Source: Nitrosopumilaceae archaeon (GTDB lineage Archaea > Thermoproteota > Nitrososphaeria > Nitrososphaerales > Nitrosopumilaceae). From it: a stretch of 64,000 nt of DNA. The stretch's first letter is position 1. Each line of letters starts with the position of its first letter. Shown here one piece after another: positions 26,794 through 37,747 of the stretch. The position numbers and the translations under genes are program-made. Under the pieces are notes generated by a model, which ran no database searches, was not told where the DNA came from, and saw nothing but the letters and a program-made list of their open reading frames with translations. The stretch spans positions 2,174-66,173 of the forward strand of contig JASHNR010000012.1 in the NCBI GenBank assembly GCA_030041535.1. Reading direction: 5' to 3'.

Positions 26794-27747
26794 ATGACCG
26801 AATCCTCCATGTGGGTTGAAAAATACCGCCCAATGAAATTATCATCCATAATAAACCAGAAAGAGATAGTAGGCAGCCTGAAATCTCTTTTGAAAAATAC
26901 ATCCGAGATGCCACACTTGATGTTCTCGGGATCTGCAGGGGTTGGCAAGACCACCACTGCCCTATGTCTTGCAAGAGAAATCTTGGGAGAGTCATGGAAA
27001 GAATACACCCTAGAGTTGAATGCGTCAGACGAAAGAGGAATAAACATGGTAAGAGACAGGGTAAAAAAATTTGCAAGGTTCTCAGGACTTGACACCAAAA
27101 TACCATTTAAGCTTGTCATACTAGATGAAGCAGATGAAATGACCTCTGACGCTCAGACTGCCCTTAGGAGAATCATAGAGGATACAGCTAGTCATTGCAG
27201 ATTCATCATGATTGCAAATAATATATCAAAAATTATAGAACCGCTTCAAAGTAGATGTGCCGTATTCAAATTCACCAGAATCGCAGAAGAAGATGTAATA
27301 GCATATCTGGAAGAAATTTGTAAAAAAGAAAAAATCAAGTACAATAAGGAAGGCCTGAAATCATTATATTCGTATTCAGAAGGCGACATGCGCCATTCTA
27401 TCAATATGCTACAGGCAACTGCAAGTCTTGGAATAATAAGTGAAGATAATGTAAAAGAATCTGCTGGGCTTACAAAGATTAGTGATGTGGGCGATATCTT
27501 GAAGATTGCACTAGCTGGAAAGTTGACAGAGGCAAGAAACAAGATGGTTGAACTCATCAAGATATATGGAATGTCAGAATCTGATTTCCTGAAATACCTT
27601 AACGAAGAATGCTACAAACTAAAGACAGATAATCTTTCGGATATTTTGGAATCCATCGCCAAATACGATTATCGACTCATAATAGGAGCCAATCCCGAGA
27701 TTCAACTTTCTGCCCTTTTAGCAGAGCTAGGAAAAATAGGTAAATAA
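26794..27747 (+). CDS. rfcS: replication factor C small subunit
   Basis: WVEKYRP, GSAGVGKTT, ILDEADEMT, QSRCAVFKF (SRC motif). Confidence 0.93.
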   Translation: MTESSMWVEKYRPMKLSSIINQKEIVGSLKSLLKNTSEMPHLMFSGSAGVGKTTTALCLAREILGESWKEYTLELNASDERGINMVRDRVKKFARFSGLDTKIPFKLVILDEADEMTSDAQTALRRIIEDTASHCRFIMIANNISKIIEPLQSRCAVFKFTRIAEEDVIAYLEEICKKEKIKYNKEGLKSLYSYSEGDMRHSINMLQATASLGIISEDNVKESAGLTKISDVGDILKIALAGKLTEARNKMVELIKIYGMSESDFLKYLNEECYKLKTDNLSDILESIAKYDYRLIIGANPEIQLSALLAELGKIGK

Positions 27748-27831
27748 CGCAGAGAGAGGGATTTGAACCCCCGCGTGCTTGCGCACATAGGCTCTCAAGG
27801 CCCACGCCATGCCGGGCTAGGCGACCTCTGC
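27748..27831 (-). tRNA. tRNA-Ser (anticodon TGA)
   Basis: Acceptor GCAGAGG/TCTCTGC, anticodon loop CTTGAGA, long variable arm, T-arm GGGGG-TTCAAAT-CCCTC. It abuts the rfcS stop. Confidence 0.8.
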
Positions 27832-27952
27832 AATACTTTTTCAGAAAAGACTTGTTAAAATTTGTTTAAGAACAAACACTATCTGGCAAATAACAAGTAT
27901 TTGTACAATATATCATAGTAATTATTAAGAAAAATAAAAAAGTCGAAAAATT

Positions 27953-28510
<558 letters not shown>

Positions 28511-28536
28511 TTAAACCTAGACAAAGTTAGTTTAAA

Positions 28537-28983
28537 CTAAGATAGGTTAGCGAACTCTTTTTCGTGAATTTCTTGATTTGCCTGATCAACTTTGATTGCT
28601 TTTGTGGGACAGACTTCTATGCATGCCATGCACCAAATGCAATGAGCTTCATGTACAGGACTTGCCTTATCAGTAAAGTCCTTTCTATCGTTTCTGCCTG
28701 TCTCTCCTGGATTTTTGTACCACTCAAATACTTTTACTGGACAAATCACTAGACATATTCCGTCAGCAACACAAGAATCCCAATCTACTGCAACATATGT
28801 TCCATGCACTCCCATAGGTTTGATCTCTTCTCCTGCTGCCTTGTAATCAGCTACGACTTTTGGATCTGATGCCGCCTCTGCAAGATGTCCAGGTCCCCAA
28901 ACGAGATGATAACTCTCACTTAATGGATCCTTGAATTTTTCTTCTACTTTGTGGTTCTTGGGAAAATTTGGATCTATTGGCAT
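28537..28983 (-). CDS. zinc-containing dicluster ferredoxin-like protein (paralog)
   Basis: CVADGICLVICPVKVFEWY and CIWCMACIEVCP. Collinear with the neighbouring paralog. Confidence 0.75.
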   Translation of the reverse strand: MPIDPNFPKNHKVEEKFKDPLSESYHLVWGPGHLAEAASDPKVVADYKAAGEEIKPMGVHGTYVAVDWDSCVADGICLVICPVKVFEWYKNPGETGRNDRKDFTDKASPVHEAHCIWCMACIEVCPTKAIKVDQANQEIHEKEFANLS

Positions 28984-29142
28984 GATATTGTAGGAATATT
29001 TCTACTTATTTAAAGTGTGTACAAGAATACGGGCAAAAGCAATCTGCCGAGTCAGGGGGTCAAGTCAGGCGGTAAGTTCATGTTCCCATAATTTGCTACT
29101 CATGCAAGATAAATTCATATCTTTCAGAAATTGGTTGTAAGC

Positions 29143-29814
29143 ATGGGAATTTTCAAGTATGATGTGTATCGCAGCCCTAATGTAGGCATTTATGCAAAAT
29201 GTAATGACACTTTTGTCTTTATTCCAAATGGTTTTGCCATAACAAAAGTTAAAAATTTGTGCGAATTTCTCAAAACCGATCATGTCTTCACATCAGTAGC
29301 TAACACTAGACTTCTTGGAGTTCTGATGGTGATGAACAACAATGGAATATTGTTGCCGCGAAATTCTCTTGAGGAGGAGGTAGTTCATCTAAAAAAATCG
29401 ACTGGCCTTAATGTAGACATACTTGATACAAAACACACAGCCATAGGCAATCTGCTATGCGTAAATGATAAAGGCGGAATAATGTCACCTCTAATTCCAT
29501 CTGAATATGTAAAAAAAGTCGAAGATGTTCTAGGAATAGAGGTTATAAGGAAAAAAGTTGCCGGATACTATCAAGCCGGTGCCATGGCAAAGGCTAATTC
29601 TCACGGCGGAATCATACATCCTGAAACCGAAGAAGAAGACATCAGAGCTGTATCCCAAGTTTTAGGCGTGGAGCTTGAACCTGCTACCATCAATGGTGGA
29701 TCTCCTTTTGTCTCTTCAGGGATACTTGCAAACAACAAATCTATGGTAGTGGGCTCACTTACAAATGGTCCTGAGCTAGTAATGCTTACAAAAGCATTCA
29801 AAGTTGAAGACTAG
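29143..29814 (+). CDS. eif6: translation initiation factor 6
   Basis: MGIFKYDVYRSPNVGIYAKCNDTFVFIP... with five-fold repeat architecture. The ATG at 29143 is preferred over the TTG at 29131. Confidence 0.88.
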   Translation: MGIFKYDVYRSPNVGIYAKCNDTFVFIPNGFAITKVKNLCEFLKTDHVFTSVANTRLLGVLMVMNNNGILLPRNSLEEEVVHLKKSTGLNVDILDTKHTAIGNLLCVNDKGGIMSPLIPSEYVKKVEDVLGIEVIRKKVAGYYQAGAMAKANSHGGIIHPETEEEDIRAVSQVLGVELEPATINGGSPFVSSGILANNKSMVVGSLTNGPELVMLTKAFKVED

Positions 29815-31081
29815 ATCGTGGATCATTTAGAAGAGAATCGAGTTTAACCTGTTTCTCAGAGCCATCCCTCATATTACGAATTAAAACTGATTTTTCACTA
29901 TACTCCTTTGGGGCTATTATTATCACGTACTTGGAATTTGATGCCATGTCCATTTGTTTTCTAAGTGACCTACCTGCCAAATCCATCTCAGATGGGATAC
30001 CTTTGAGCCGGAGGGTAGATGCAACGCTGATGGCAATTTTCTTCATTTCATCGTTTACAGATGCTATCCACACATGTTCTTCATTATTTGACAAATTTGT
30101 AATTCCTTGTTTTTCCAAGGAATTTACTATGCGCTCCACACCACCTGCCGCACCAGTTGCACCCATGTCGTCTCGCCCAAACGCTTTTGTTAGTGTGTCA
30201 TAACGACCGCCACCAACAAGTGCTCCCAGGTCTGAGCTGCTGTCAAATACCTCAAAAACAATTCCAGAGTAATAATCAAGGCCTCGTACAATACCAAAGT
30301 TTACTCTGACATTTTCTACGCCTCTATTTTTTAGTGATTCAAATAATTGAAGTATCTTATCCCAGTTTTTGAGCTGGCCCGTATCAATCATTTTCTCAAT
30401 TTCTTGTGGAATTCCTTTCATTTGAGAAAATTCCAAAATTAGATCCAAGTCAGAGATAGAATATCCCTTTTCTTGATATTCCTTGATTATTTCCTGTTTT
30501 CTCTTCTTTTGTATCTTATCTACAGCTCTTAGAATATCGCCTATTACACCAGATGAATCAGTCTTGAAAATGCTTTTTACATATGATTCAACTAGTCCTC
30601 GGTCGCAGATATCAATTACAATGTTTTCAAGTTTGAGGTTTGAGAAAAACTTTGAAGTAAAATCTATTATTTCTGCGTCAGATTCGGTATTTGGTTCTCC
30701 ATATATTTCCACGTCCCATTGATGAAAGAATCTGTATCGTCCTTTTTGTGGCTCGTCATATCTCCACACCCCCCCAAAAGTACAGAACTTTGCAGGAAGC
30801 CTCATTGATTTTTGGGAGGCGGCATATCTAGTAAGACCGATAGTAAAGTCAAAGCGTAGAGCAACTTCTCTGTCTCCCTTGTCTATAAAATAGTAGATTT
30901 CATTTCTTATAGAAGGTCCACTCTTTGTTTCTATCACGGAGACAAGTTCTATTGGAGATGGATCCATGAATTGAAATCCAAATAGGTTTGATGTTTCTAT
31001 GAATTTTTGTCGTATGTATTCTATTGTGGTAGATTCCTTGTGTTCTATATCCCTCATCCCACGTGGTAAGTCCAAATTCAA
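29798..31081 (-). CDS. hisS: histidyl-tRNA synthetase
   Basis: PRGMRD, motif 2 FGGVWRYDEPQKGRYRFFHQWDVEIYG, motif 3 GGGRYD. Confidence 0.92.
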   Translation of the reverse strand: MNLDLPRGMRDIEHKESTTIEYIRQKFIETSNLFGFQFMDPSPIELVSVIETKSGPSIRNEIYYFIDKGDREVALRFDFTIGLTRYAASQKSMRLPAKFCTFGGVWRYDEPQKGRYRFFHQWDVEIYGEPNTESDAEIIDFTSKFFSNLKLENIVIDICDRGLVESYVKSIFKTDSSGVIGDILRAVDKIQKKRKQEIIKEYQEKGYSISDLDLILEFSQMKGIPQEIEKMIDTGQLKNWDKILQLFESLKNRGVENVRVNFGIVRGLDYYSGIVFEVFDSSSDLGALVGGGRYDTLTKAFGRDDMGATGAAGGVERIVNSLEKQGITNLSNNEEHVWIASVNDEMKKIAISVASTLRLKGIPSEMDLAGRSLRKQMDMASNSKYVIIIAPKEYSEKSVLIRNMRDGSEKQVKLDSLLNDPRSSLQL

Positions 31082-31180
31082 GACTCACTTTTGTTCCAAT
31101 GCATTTAGACTTTCTGATTTTACAAAATTACAATTGTGATAAATTAATAACACAAGTAAAACCTACCAAAGATCTACCAT

Positions 31181-31597
31181 ATGACATATCGCTATTTAGA
31201 ACACATGACAGATGCGTTGATTGAGGTAACTGGACAAACCTTGGAAGAAGCCTTTGAAACAGCTGGAATGGCGGTGGTTGATACAATTTTTGATATCAAA
31301 TTAGTTGGAAAAAAAACTGAAAAAAAAATTGAGATAAAGACAAGGGATCTGAACAACTTGTTGTATAGCTGGCTAGAAGAGATAATCATACTTACGATAA
31401 CAGACGGATTTGTTGGATCCAGCTTTAAAGTTTGCATAACTAGACCAAACGAATATGTTCTAAATGCAACAATAGGTGGAGAAGAGATTGATTTTCAAAA
31501 ACACCACTTTAAATTAGAAATCAAAGCTCCCACTTTTCATCTCATGGAGATAAAACTGGAAAAACCAGTTGTGATGAGATTTCTTCTTGATCTCTAG
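31181..31597 (+). CDS. archease
   Basis: YRYLEHMTDALIEVTGQTLEEAFETAGMAV is the typical archease N-terminus. 138 aa. Confidence 0.85.
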   Translation: MTYRYLEHMTDALIEVTGQTLEEAFETAGMAVVDTIFDIKLVGKKTEKKIEIKTRDLNNLLYSWLEEIIILTITDGFVGSSFKVCITRPNEYVLNATIGGEEIDFQKHHFKLEIKAPTFHLMEIKLEKPVVMRFLLDL

Positions 31598-31636
31598 TAC
31601 AAATTATTAAATACTATCCGAATTCATTTTATCAAG

Positions 31637-32020
31637 TTGGTAGACGAGGAAATAGAAAAGATAATGAAAAAGAAGTTGGCTGAGATGACTTCGCACAAGG
31701 AACAGGAAATTTTAGAACTAACCGATACAAGTTTTGACAATGGAATAGCTGGTGACATTCCAGTAATAGTTGATTTTTGGGCCACATGGTGTGGACCCTG
31801 TCAGTTCATGTTGCCCATATTTACCAGAATGGCAAAAAAATACAAGAGCATCAAGTTTGCTCGCGTAAATGTGGATGAGGCACAAGGAATTTCCCAAAGA
31901 TACCAAGTGTATGCAATACCTACATTTTTAGTCTTCAAGGGAGGCAAACTTGTCGATAAAGCAGTAGGTGCAGTAGGAGAACCAGGCCTTCACATGCTTG
32001 CCCAGAAATACTCTCAGTAG
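31637..32020 (+). CDS. thioredoxin
   Basis: VDFWATWCGPCQ active site. The start is uncertain (TTG at 31637 or ATG at 31664). Confidence 0.85.
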   Translation: MVDEEIEKIMKKKLAEMTSHKEQEILELTDTSFDNGIAGDIPVIVDFWATWCGPCQFMLPIFTRMAKKYKSIKFARVNVDEAQGISQRYQVYAIPTFLVFKGGKLVDKAVGAVGEPGLHMLAQKYSQ

Positions 32021-33798
32021 CCGTAAACAGAATTTGATTTTCTCTGAAGCTCTATTATTTTCTGCAAGGTTTGAAGTTCCTCTGGATTCAATTTGTGCGA
32101 AAATTCCTTGAGTAAAAGCCTAGCTTCTCTAGATGGCGGCAATGAATAGAACACATCTTCTTCTGAAACCTGTCTTCCAACAGTGACATTTTGGATAGAT
32201 ATGGCTACCTCTTGGCCCCTCTTGGCAGAATCTATGCTCTTTCCATTATCCTGAAGCTGGTGAACAAGACCAATTTTTTTTCCATCGGCATTAATTATAG
32301 TAATTTTTTGTTTGAGTGTACCAACATCTACTCTAACTCCAAAAACAGCCGGGCTACTTTTTCTAAATATATATCCCTTCAGAAATGTTAGTTTGCAAAT
32401 AGGAGTTAGTTCCTGAAATATTGCATTTTCTTCATTGGCGGTATCCTCTTGAACCCAGTTGACATAATTATCAATCAAGCTGTATATGACTTGATCATGG
32501 AAAATTCTAATGTGATTTGCCTCCGCTTCTTCTTGAGCATCCTGTAAAATTTTTACGTTAAATGCAATCACTATTCCAAGATGCCTGTCATTTTCCTTTA
32601 TTGCAAGAGCTTCTACAACATCACGCCTAGTTACCGGACCTATGTCAGCCATTGATACTGGAACATTTTGTCGCTTTAACATGTCAGTTATGGCTTCAAG
32701 AGATCCAATAGTGTCACATTTTAGAATCACGCCCTTTTTGTCAGTCTTTACAAAGACTGACTTCATTTCAGACTCGATTAATTTTTTAAATTCTTCAATC
32801 TTTGATTCGTCAGCAGAGGCATAAACGGGACTTCCAGGTAAGACGCCTTCAAGGTCGGGAGATGCAATCTTAATTCCAGCAGCAGCATAGACTTCGTTTA
32901 CTGGTCTGAATTTGTCTCTTGGATCGCGCATTTCATCCAATGGTTTTGGCAAAAGTATTGCCTTGGGTTTTGTAATTACTACAGAGTCTCTTTTGGCAAG
33001 AACTATAGAGTCACTCTTTTTAAGATTACCATCAATCAAAATAATGTTGGCAGTTACTCCAAGTCCAGTCTCTTCTTTTACTTCAAGAACTATGCCTCTT
33101 GTGGGTTTCTCTGTCTGGTCAAGTTTCTTTTGTAGATATTGTTGAGTAAGACCTACAAGGACTGCTAGCAGTTCTGGAATTCCTTCTCCTGATCTAGCGC
33201 TAACGGGAACAATTGAAACTTCTTTTGTAAAATCCTTGACTCTGTAAAATGCTTCAGAACTGAAGCCAAGTATGGATAACGTTCCTACAACATTATACAG
33301 AAGCTCATCCAGTGAGGTTTGCACGAAAGGATCTTGTTCTTTTATAGATTGAGTGATAAACTGTGTTGTTGGATTCTTTTTCCAGCCTGAAACCATATCT
33401 ACCTTGTTGAGAGCAATTACAAATGGAACCTTTCTACTCTGCAAGATTTTCAGGCTTTCATTGGTTTGCGGTTGAAAACCTCGATTTACGTCTACTACCA
33501 AAATAGCAATGTCTGCTGCAGAGCCTCCACGTGCCCTTAAATTTGTGAAAATTTCATGCCCTGGCGTATCAATAACTAACAATCCAGGAATTTCTTGACT
33601 GTCACCTGCCATTTTTGCAAACAGTGGTCCGCACACTTTCTTGATTGCATCAGTAGGAAGAAAACTAGCTCCTATGTGTTGCGTGATTCCCCCTGCTTCA
33701 CGGGCTTGTACACCTGTACCTCTTATCTTGTCTAATAGTGAGGTCTTACCAGAGTCTACATGACCTAGAACTGCCACTATCGGCTGTCGTATTTGCAA
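32014..33798 (-). CDS. infB: translation initiation factor aIF5B
   Basis: GHVDSGKTSLLD, DTPGHE, NKVD. 594 aa. Confidence 0.93.
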   Translation of the reverse strand: MQIRQPIVAVLGHVDSGKTSLLDKIRGTGVQAREAGGITQHIGASFLPTDAIKKVCGPLFAKMAGDSQEIPGLLVIDTPGHEIFTNLRARGGSAADIAILVVDVNRGFQPQTNESLKILQSRKVPFVIALNKVDMVSGWKKNPTTQFITQSIKEQDPFVQTSLDELLYNVVGTLSILGFSSEAFYRVKDFTKEVSIVPVSARSGEGIPELLAVLVGLTQQYLQKKLDQTEKPTRGIVLEVKEETGLGVTANIILIDGNLKKSDSIVLAKRDSVVITKPKAILLPKPLDEMRDPRDKFRPVNEVYAAAGIKIASPDLEGVLPGSPVYASADESKIEEFKKLIESEMKSVFVKTDKKGVILKCDTIGSLEAITDMLKRQNVPVSMADIGPVTRRDVVEALAIKENDRHLGIVIAFNVKILQDAQEEAEANHIRIFHDQVIYSLIDNYVNWVQEDTANEENAIFQELTPICKLTFLKGYIFRKSSPAVFGVRVDVGTLKQKITIINADGKKIGLVHQLQDNGKSIDSAKRGQEVAISIQNVTVGRQVSEEDVFYSLPPSREARLLLKEFSHKLNPEELQTLQKIIELQRKSNSVYGY

Positions 33799-33804
33799 CC
33801 GCTT

Positions 33805-34206
33805 TCACTTGAATATTACAGCTACCTCTTTTTCAAAACTTTCCTTAGAATCGGAGGCATGAATTATGTTATCTGATATTCCAAGTCCAAAGTCGCCCCT
33901 AATTGTTCCCGGAGCTGCCTCAAAGGATTTGGTAGAGCCTATCATGAGTCTTGTTGTAGTAATAGCATTATTTCCTTCAATCACTGCTGCAACAACTCTT
34001 CCTGATGTAATAAAAGAGACAAGCTCGCCAAAAAATGGCTTTGATTTGTGGTCTGAGTAAAATTCTTCTGCCATTTGTTTTGTAAAAGTAAACATCTTTA
34101 GTTTTACAATGTGAAAGCCTTTCTTTTCAAATCTTGAAATAATTTTTCCTGCAATCTTTCTTTCTACACCGTCAGGTTTTACTATAAATAATGTCTGTTC
34201 AGTCAT
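33805..34206 (-). CDS. ndk: nucleoside diphosphate kinase
   Basis: [12 protein letters not shown] and NIIHASDS (active-site His). Confidence 0.92.
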   Translation of the reverse strand: MTEQTLFIVKPDGVERKIAGKIISRFEKKGFHIVKLKMFTFTKQMAEEFYSDHKSKPFFGELVSFITSGRVVAAVIEGNNAITTTRLMIGSTKSFEAAPGTIRGDFGLGISDNIIHASDSKESFEKEVAVIFK

Positions 34207-34207
34207 T

Positions 34208-34411
34208 TTACTTTTTGACCCTTATTCCGCCTTTGACGTATTTGTTTGTCCACTTGAGTCTTCTAGGATCACGCTTGAGAACAAGCATGTTCTTTTTGCA
34301 TTTAGAAGAACAGAACCAAAATACTGTACCATCATTTTTTACAAGCATGGTACCAGATCCCTTTGCTACTGGCCTATTACAAAAACTACATGGCTTAACT
34401 AGAACGCTCAA
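34208..34411 (-). CDS. rpl24e: 50S ribosomal protein L24e
   Basis: [34 protein letters not shown]. Confidence 0.92.
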   Translation of the reverse strand: MSVLVKPCSFCNRPVAKGSGTMLVKNDGTVFWFCSSKCKKNMLVLKRDPRRLKWTNKYVKGGIRVKK

Positions 34412-34418
34412 TTTCTAA

Positions 34419-34625
34419 TCACTTTATCTTCCTTGCTTCACGCTCTGTTTCACGTAACATGAGTATATCTGACATTCTAACAGAGCCCTTTACATTTCTT
34501 GTCAGAACTCTGCCTTTGTCTTTTCCATCCAATATCTTTACTCTAACTTGTATAACCTCTCCTGCAATGCCTGTTCGGCCAACAATTTGTATTACTTCGG
34601 CTGGAATGGGTACTTCAGAACTCAT
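34419..34625 (-). CDS. rps28e: 30S ribosomal protein S28e
   Basis: [53 protein letters not shown]. Confidence 0.92.
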   Translation of the reverse strand: MSSEVPIPAEVIQIVGRTGIAGEVIQVRVKILDGKDKGRVLTRNVKGSVRMSDILMLRETEREARKIK

Positions 34626-35017
34626 TTGCTAGCTTGACCACCTTTTATCTGCGCCAGCGATGCCACAATTTGGTCAACTATGTGTTGAGCATCTCCTGAA
34701 TCTATTATCGCAGCTGCCGCAGAGGTGACATCGATTCCTAATGCCTTGCCCAATTCTTGTCTGCTTGGTACAAAGCTATACGGTAGGCTATGTTCCTCAC
34801 AGAGTATTGGCAGATGTGCAACTACCTCTGGTGGTTCAACATCCTCAGCTATAACTACGAGTTTACTTATTCCTCTCTCGATTGCCTTTGTGACTTCGTT
34901 TGTACCTTTCTTTACTTTACCACTCTGATGAGCAACCCTCACTGCTTCGTAGATTGGGCTAACTAGGTCAGCGGGGACTTGAAACTTTACGTAATAAGCC
35001 TTAGTCATAGGTATCAC
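34622..35017 (-). CDS. rpl7ae: 50S ribosomal protein L7Ae
   Basis: [42 protein letters not shown]. Confidence 0.92.
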   Translation of the reverse strand: MIPMTKAYYVKFQVPADLVSPIYEAVRVAHQSGKVKKGTNEVTKAIERGISKLVVIAEDVEPPEVVAHLPILCEEHSLPYSFVPSRQELGKALGIDVTSAAAAIIDSGDAQHIVDQIVASLAQIKGGQASK

Positions 35018-35069
35018 CCATTGGGATCATTTCCATTCCTTTTGGTGCTTTCAATTGGTTTTAAAAGTG

Positions 35070-36416
35070 TTATCTGCCAGCTGTCCGCTTTATTTTTGAC
35101 ATGTATTTATCAAAAATTTCATCCAAATTATCTTCAGTGTTAGATTCAGCATATATTCTTGCTATTGGTTCAGTCCCACTCAGCCTAACCATAACCCATC
35201 TTGATTTATCAAGAAAAATCTTTATTCCATCAGTAAGATCTTTTTTGTATGGTTCATTTTTTAGTTCTTGAAGTATTTTTTTAAAACTATCTTTGGAACA
35301 TGCTATCTTACCCTTTGTAGTAAATGACTGAGGTAAGCTGTTCATCTCCTCTGACAAGACCTTGTTAGTTTTTGACAACAGATCAAGTGCCAGAACCATG
35401 GTCATTGAGCCATCTCTGACTTGATTGTGTTTTCCATACATGAATCCACCATTTTCCTCAAATCCTACTAGTGCTTTTTCTTGAACCATTTTACGTGAAA
35501 CTTCAACACTTCCTACCCTTGTCCTTAACACTTTTGACTTGGTTTGTGCTGCTATTTCCTCAATTGCCAAAGTGGAGTTGAGTGTTGTCACAACCTTTGA
35601 TTGCGGATATTTATTCAAAAGGAACTTGGAAATGAGAAGTGCCGACCTGTCACCTGTGAGAATCTTGCCCTTCTCATCACAAAAGATGCTCCTATCGCCG
35701 TCTCCGTCAAATGCGATACCAAAATCAGCTTTTGATTTTACTACGGCTTGTGATAATTTGTTCAAGTTTTGTGGCGTTGGCTCTGAGCCTCGCCCCGAAA
35801 ATGCGCCATCTATGGTATCATTTATGGCAACTACTTCACATCCAAGCTCTTTGCAAAGAAGAGGAGCTGCTACTGCCTGTGCACCATTTCCCAAGTCAAG
35901 TGCAACCTTGAATCTACTAGATCTTATTTTCTTGACATTTACCTGAGACTTGATTCCATCAAGATATGTTCGAATAGATCTGATTTCGTTTCCAATTGAA
36001 CCAATTTTATTTGAAGTATTCCATCTTTTTTTAAAATAAATATCTTCTACTTTGAGCTCATCTTCTCTTGAGATCTCAACGCCATCTCTTGCAGTGGGTT
36101 TTAGCCCGTTATACTCTGGAGGGTTGTGCGAAGCAGTTATCATTATCCCTCCACAGTAGCCTAGTTTTTTTGTGGCAAACTGTAGACACGGGGTAGGCAC
36201 CAGACCGCATACAGAAGAATCAAGCCCTATCGCACTAAGAGATGAACATACTACTTTGGACATTATTACACTTGATTCCCTACCATCATATCCAACAAGT
36301 ATTGGGCCTTTTCTGAAGAAAGTTCCAAGCGACGATGCAATATCTGAAACAAAGTCTAGGGTTAGACTCTCGCCGAAGACTCCTCTAATCCCATTAGTGC
36401 CAAATAATCTTGCCAT
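35070..36416 (-). CDS. glmM: phosphoglucosamine/phosphomannomutase-family enzyme
   Basis: LFGTNGIRG, ITASHNPPEYNGLK (phospho-Ser), FDGDGDR. The ATG at 36416 is preferred because the 36455 start would sit 8 nt from tRNA-Leu. Confidence 0.88.
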   Translation of the reverse strand: MARLFGTNGIRGVFGESLTLDFVSDIASSLGTFFRKGPILVGYDGRESSVIMSKVVCSSLSAIGLDSSVCGLVPTPCLQFATKKLGYCGGIMITASHNPPEYNGLKPTARDGVEISREDELKVEDIYFKKRWNTSNKIGSIGNEIRSIRTYLDGIKSQVNVKKIRSSRFKVALDLGNGAQAVAAPLLCKELGCEVVAINDTIDGAFSGRGSEPTPQNLNKLSQAVVKSKADFGIAFDGDGDRSIFCDEKGKILTGDRSALLISKFLLNKYPQSKVVTTLNSTLAIEEIAAQTKSKVLRTRVGSVEVSRKMVQEKALVGFEENGGFMYGKHNQVRDGSMTMVLALDLLSKTNKVLSEEMNSLPQSFTTKGKIACSKDSFKKILQELKNEPYKKDLTDGIKIFLDKSRWVMVRLSGTEPIARIYAESNTEDNLDEIFDKYMSKIKRTAGR

Positions 36417-36462
36417 TGATACCTCAACAATAGATAAATTTGTCTTAAAAGTCATGGTTCAT

Positions 36463-36547
36463 GCGGGAGTTGCCAAGCCTGGTCAAAGGCGCAGGGCTTA
36501 GGACCCTGTCTTTTAGGAGTTCGTGGGTTCAAATCCCACCTCCCGCA
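36463..36547 (+). tRNA. tRNA-Leu (anticodon TAG)
   Basis: Acceptor GCGGGAG/CTCCCGC, anticodon stem CAGGG/CCCTG with loop CTTAGGA, long variable arm, T-arm GTGGG-TTCAAAT-CCCAC. Confidence 0.85.
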
Positions 36548-36550
36548 TTT

Positions 36551-36736
36551 TTAATGAATTATGCAAAGTTGCATTTCTTTATGACCGTGAAAATGAGTGC
36601 TACAAAAGTCATTTGAGCATTCGTAACAATGCCAGTCACCAATTGTAGAGCAAACCCTACAGGTCTTCACTGGATTGTTATGATCATAACTATTTACTCT
36701 ACCACGACTTTTGTTAGAATTTTTTGATCTATCCAT
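36551..36736 (-). CDS. small Cys/His zinc-finger protein
   Basis: 61 aa. CRVCSTIGDWHCYECSNDFCSTHFHGH. Confidence 0.5.
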   Translation of the reverse strand: MDRSKNSNKSRGRVNSYDHNNPVKTCRVCSTIGDWHCYECSNDFCSTHFHGHKEMQLCIIH

Positions 36737-36889
36737 TATTTTGCCTCAGAGTATAAAATTGAAAAATCTTCTTCCATTCAATCACTCATTACAGAATTGA
36801 GATATCTAGTTCTACTAGCATTTGATAATACGCTATATTTCAAAAGGGTATTTAAGCATTAATAAAGCGCGAAATACGTACCAATTAAA

Positions 36890-37747
36890 ATGGAGAAAAC
36901 AGTTGTAGAGATCACAATAGTTGGAAGGGACCATGAGGGAGTGGTCGCAGGTTTTACTAATTTCATTTTCCAAAATGGCGGAAACATTGAGAAAATAAAT
37001 CAAAACGTGATTAAAAGCCTGTTTGGCATGTACTTGGAAGCATCTTTTACCAGAAAAATTGATACTGTAAAATTCAATCAAGAAGCAGAAAAGCTAGCAA
37101 AGAGTCTGAGAATGGAAGTCAGTATACACTATGAAGTATCAAAGAGAAAAAGAGTTGCAGTAATGGTAACAAAAGAGCCTCACTGTCTAGAAGCAATATT
37201 GGATGCCAGAGCAAAAAACCAGCTAAGGGGCGAGATTACCGTAATTATCGGTACAGAAAACACGTTATCAAAATTGGCCAAGAAAGCAAAGATTCCCTTT
37301 GTGCTTGTTAGCGAAAAAGAACAGAGCGGAGCAGAAGAGAAAATAATTTTGATTTCAAAAAAATACAATGTTGACTTGATAGTACTTGCAAGATACATGA
37401 GAATACTTTCTCCAAACTTTGTATGGAGATATCCAAATAGGATAATCAACATACATCCTTCCCTATTACCTGCGTTCCCTGGAGCCTTTGCATACGTTCA
37501 AGCATATGAGCGGGGCGCAAAGATTGTAGGCTGTACCGCACATTACGTCACGGAGGACTTGGATCAAGGTCCAATAATATTCCAAGATGCTTTTGCAATT
37601 GATGAAGACGAGACTCTAGAATCCCTGAAAAGAAAGGGCCAGAGGCTGGAAGCAAGAACACTCCTTGAGGCAGTAAAGATGCACCTAGATGGCAGACTTG
37701 AAGTGTATTGGGGTAAAGTGCATGTCAAGCCAAGACGATCTAAATGA
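36890..37747 (+). CDS. purU: formyltetrahydrofolate deformylase
   Basis: N-terminal ACT domain plus formyltransferase core (IINIHPSLLPAFPGA, GCTAHYVTEDLDQGPII). Confidence 0.88.
   Translation: MEKTVVEITIVGRDHEGVVAGFTNFIFQNGGNIEKINQNVIKSLFGMYLEASFTRKIDTVKFNQEAEKLAKSLRMEVSIHYEVSKRKRVAVMVTKEPHCLEAILDARAKNQLRGEITVIIGTENTLSKLAKKAKIPFVLVSEKEQSGAEEKIILISKKYNVDLIVLARYMRILSPNFVWRYPNRIINIHPSLLPAFPGAFAYVQAYERGAKIVGCTAHYVTEDLDQGPIIFQDAFAIDEDETLESLKRKGQRLEARTLLEAVKMHLDGRLEVYWGKVHVKPRRSK

Noticed and set aside
29065-29283. 72-aa minus-strand ORF and a GC-rich patch (29041-29075) upstream of eif6 as a possible gene or ncRNA.
   Set aside because: The ORF overlaps the eif6 start in antisense. The GC-rich patch shows only weak self-complementarity and cannot be supported by eye.
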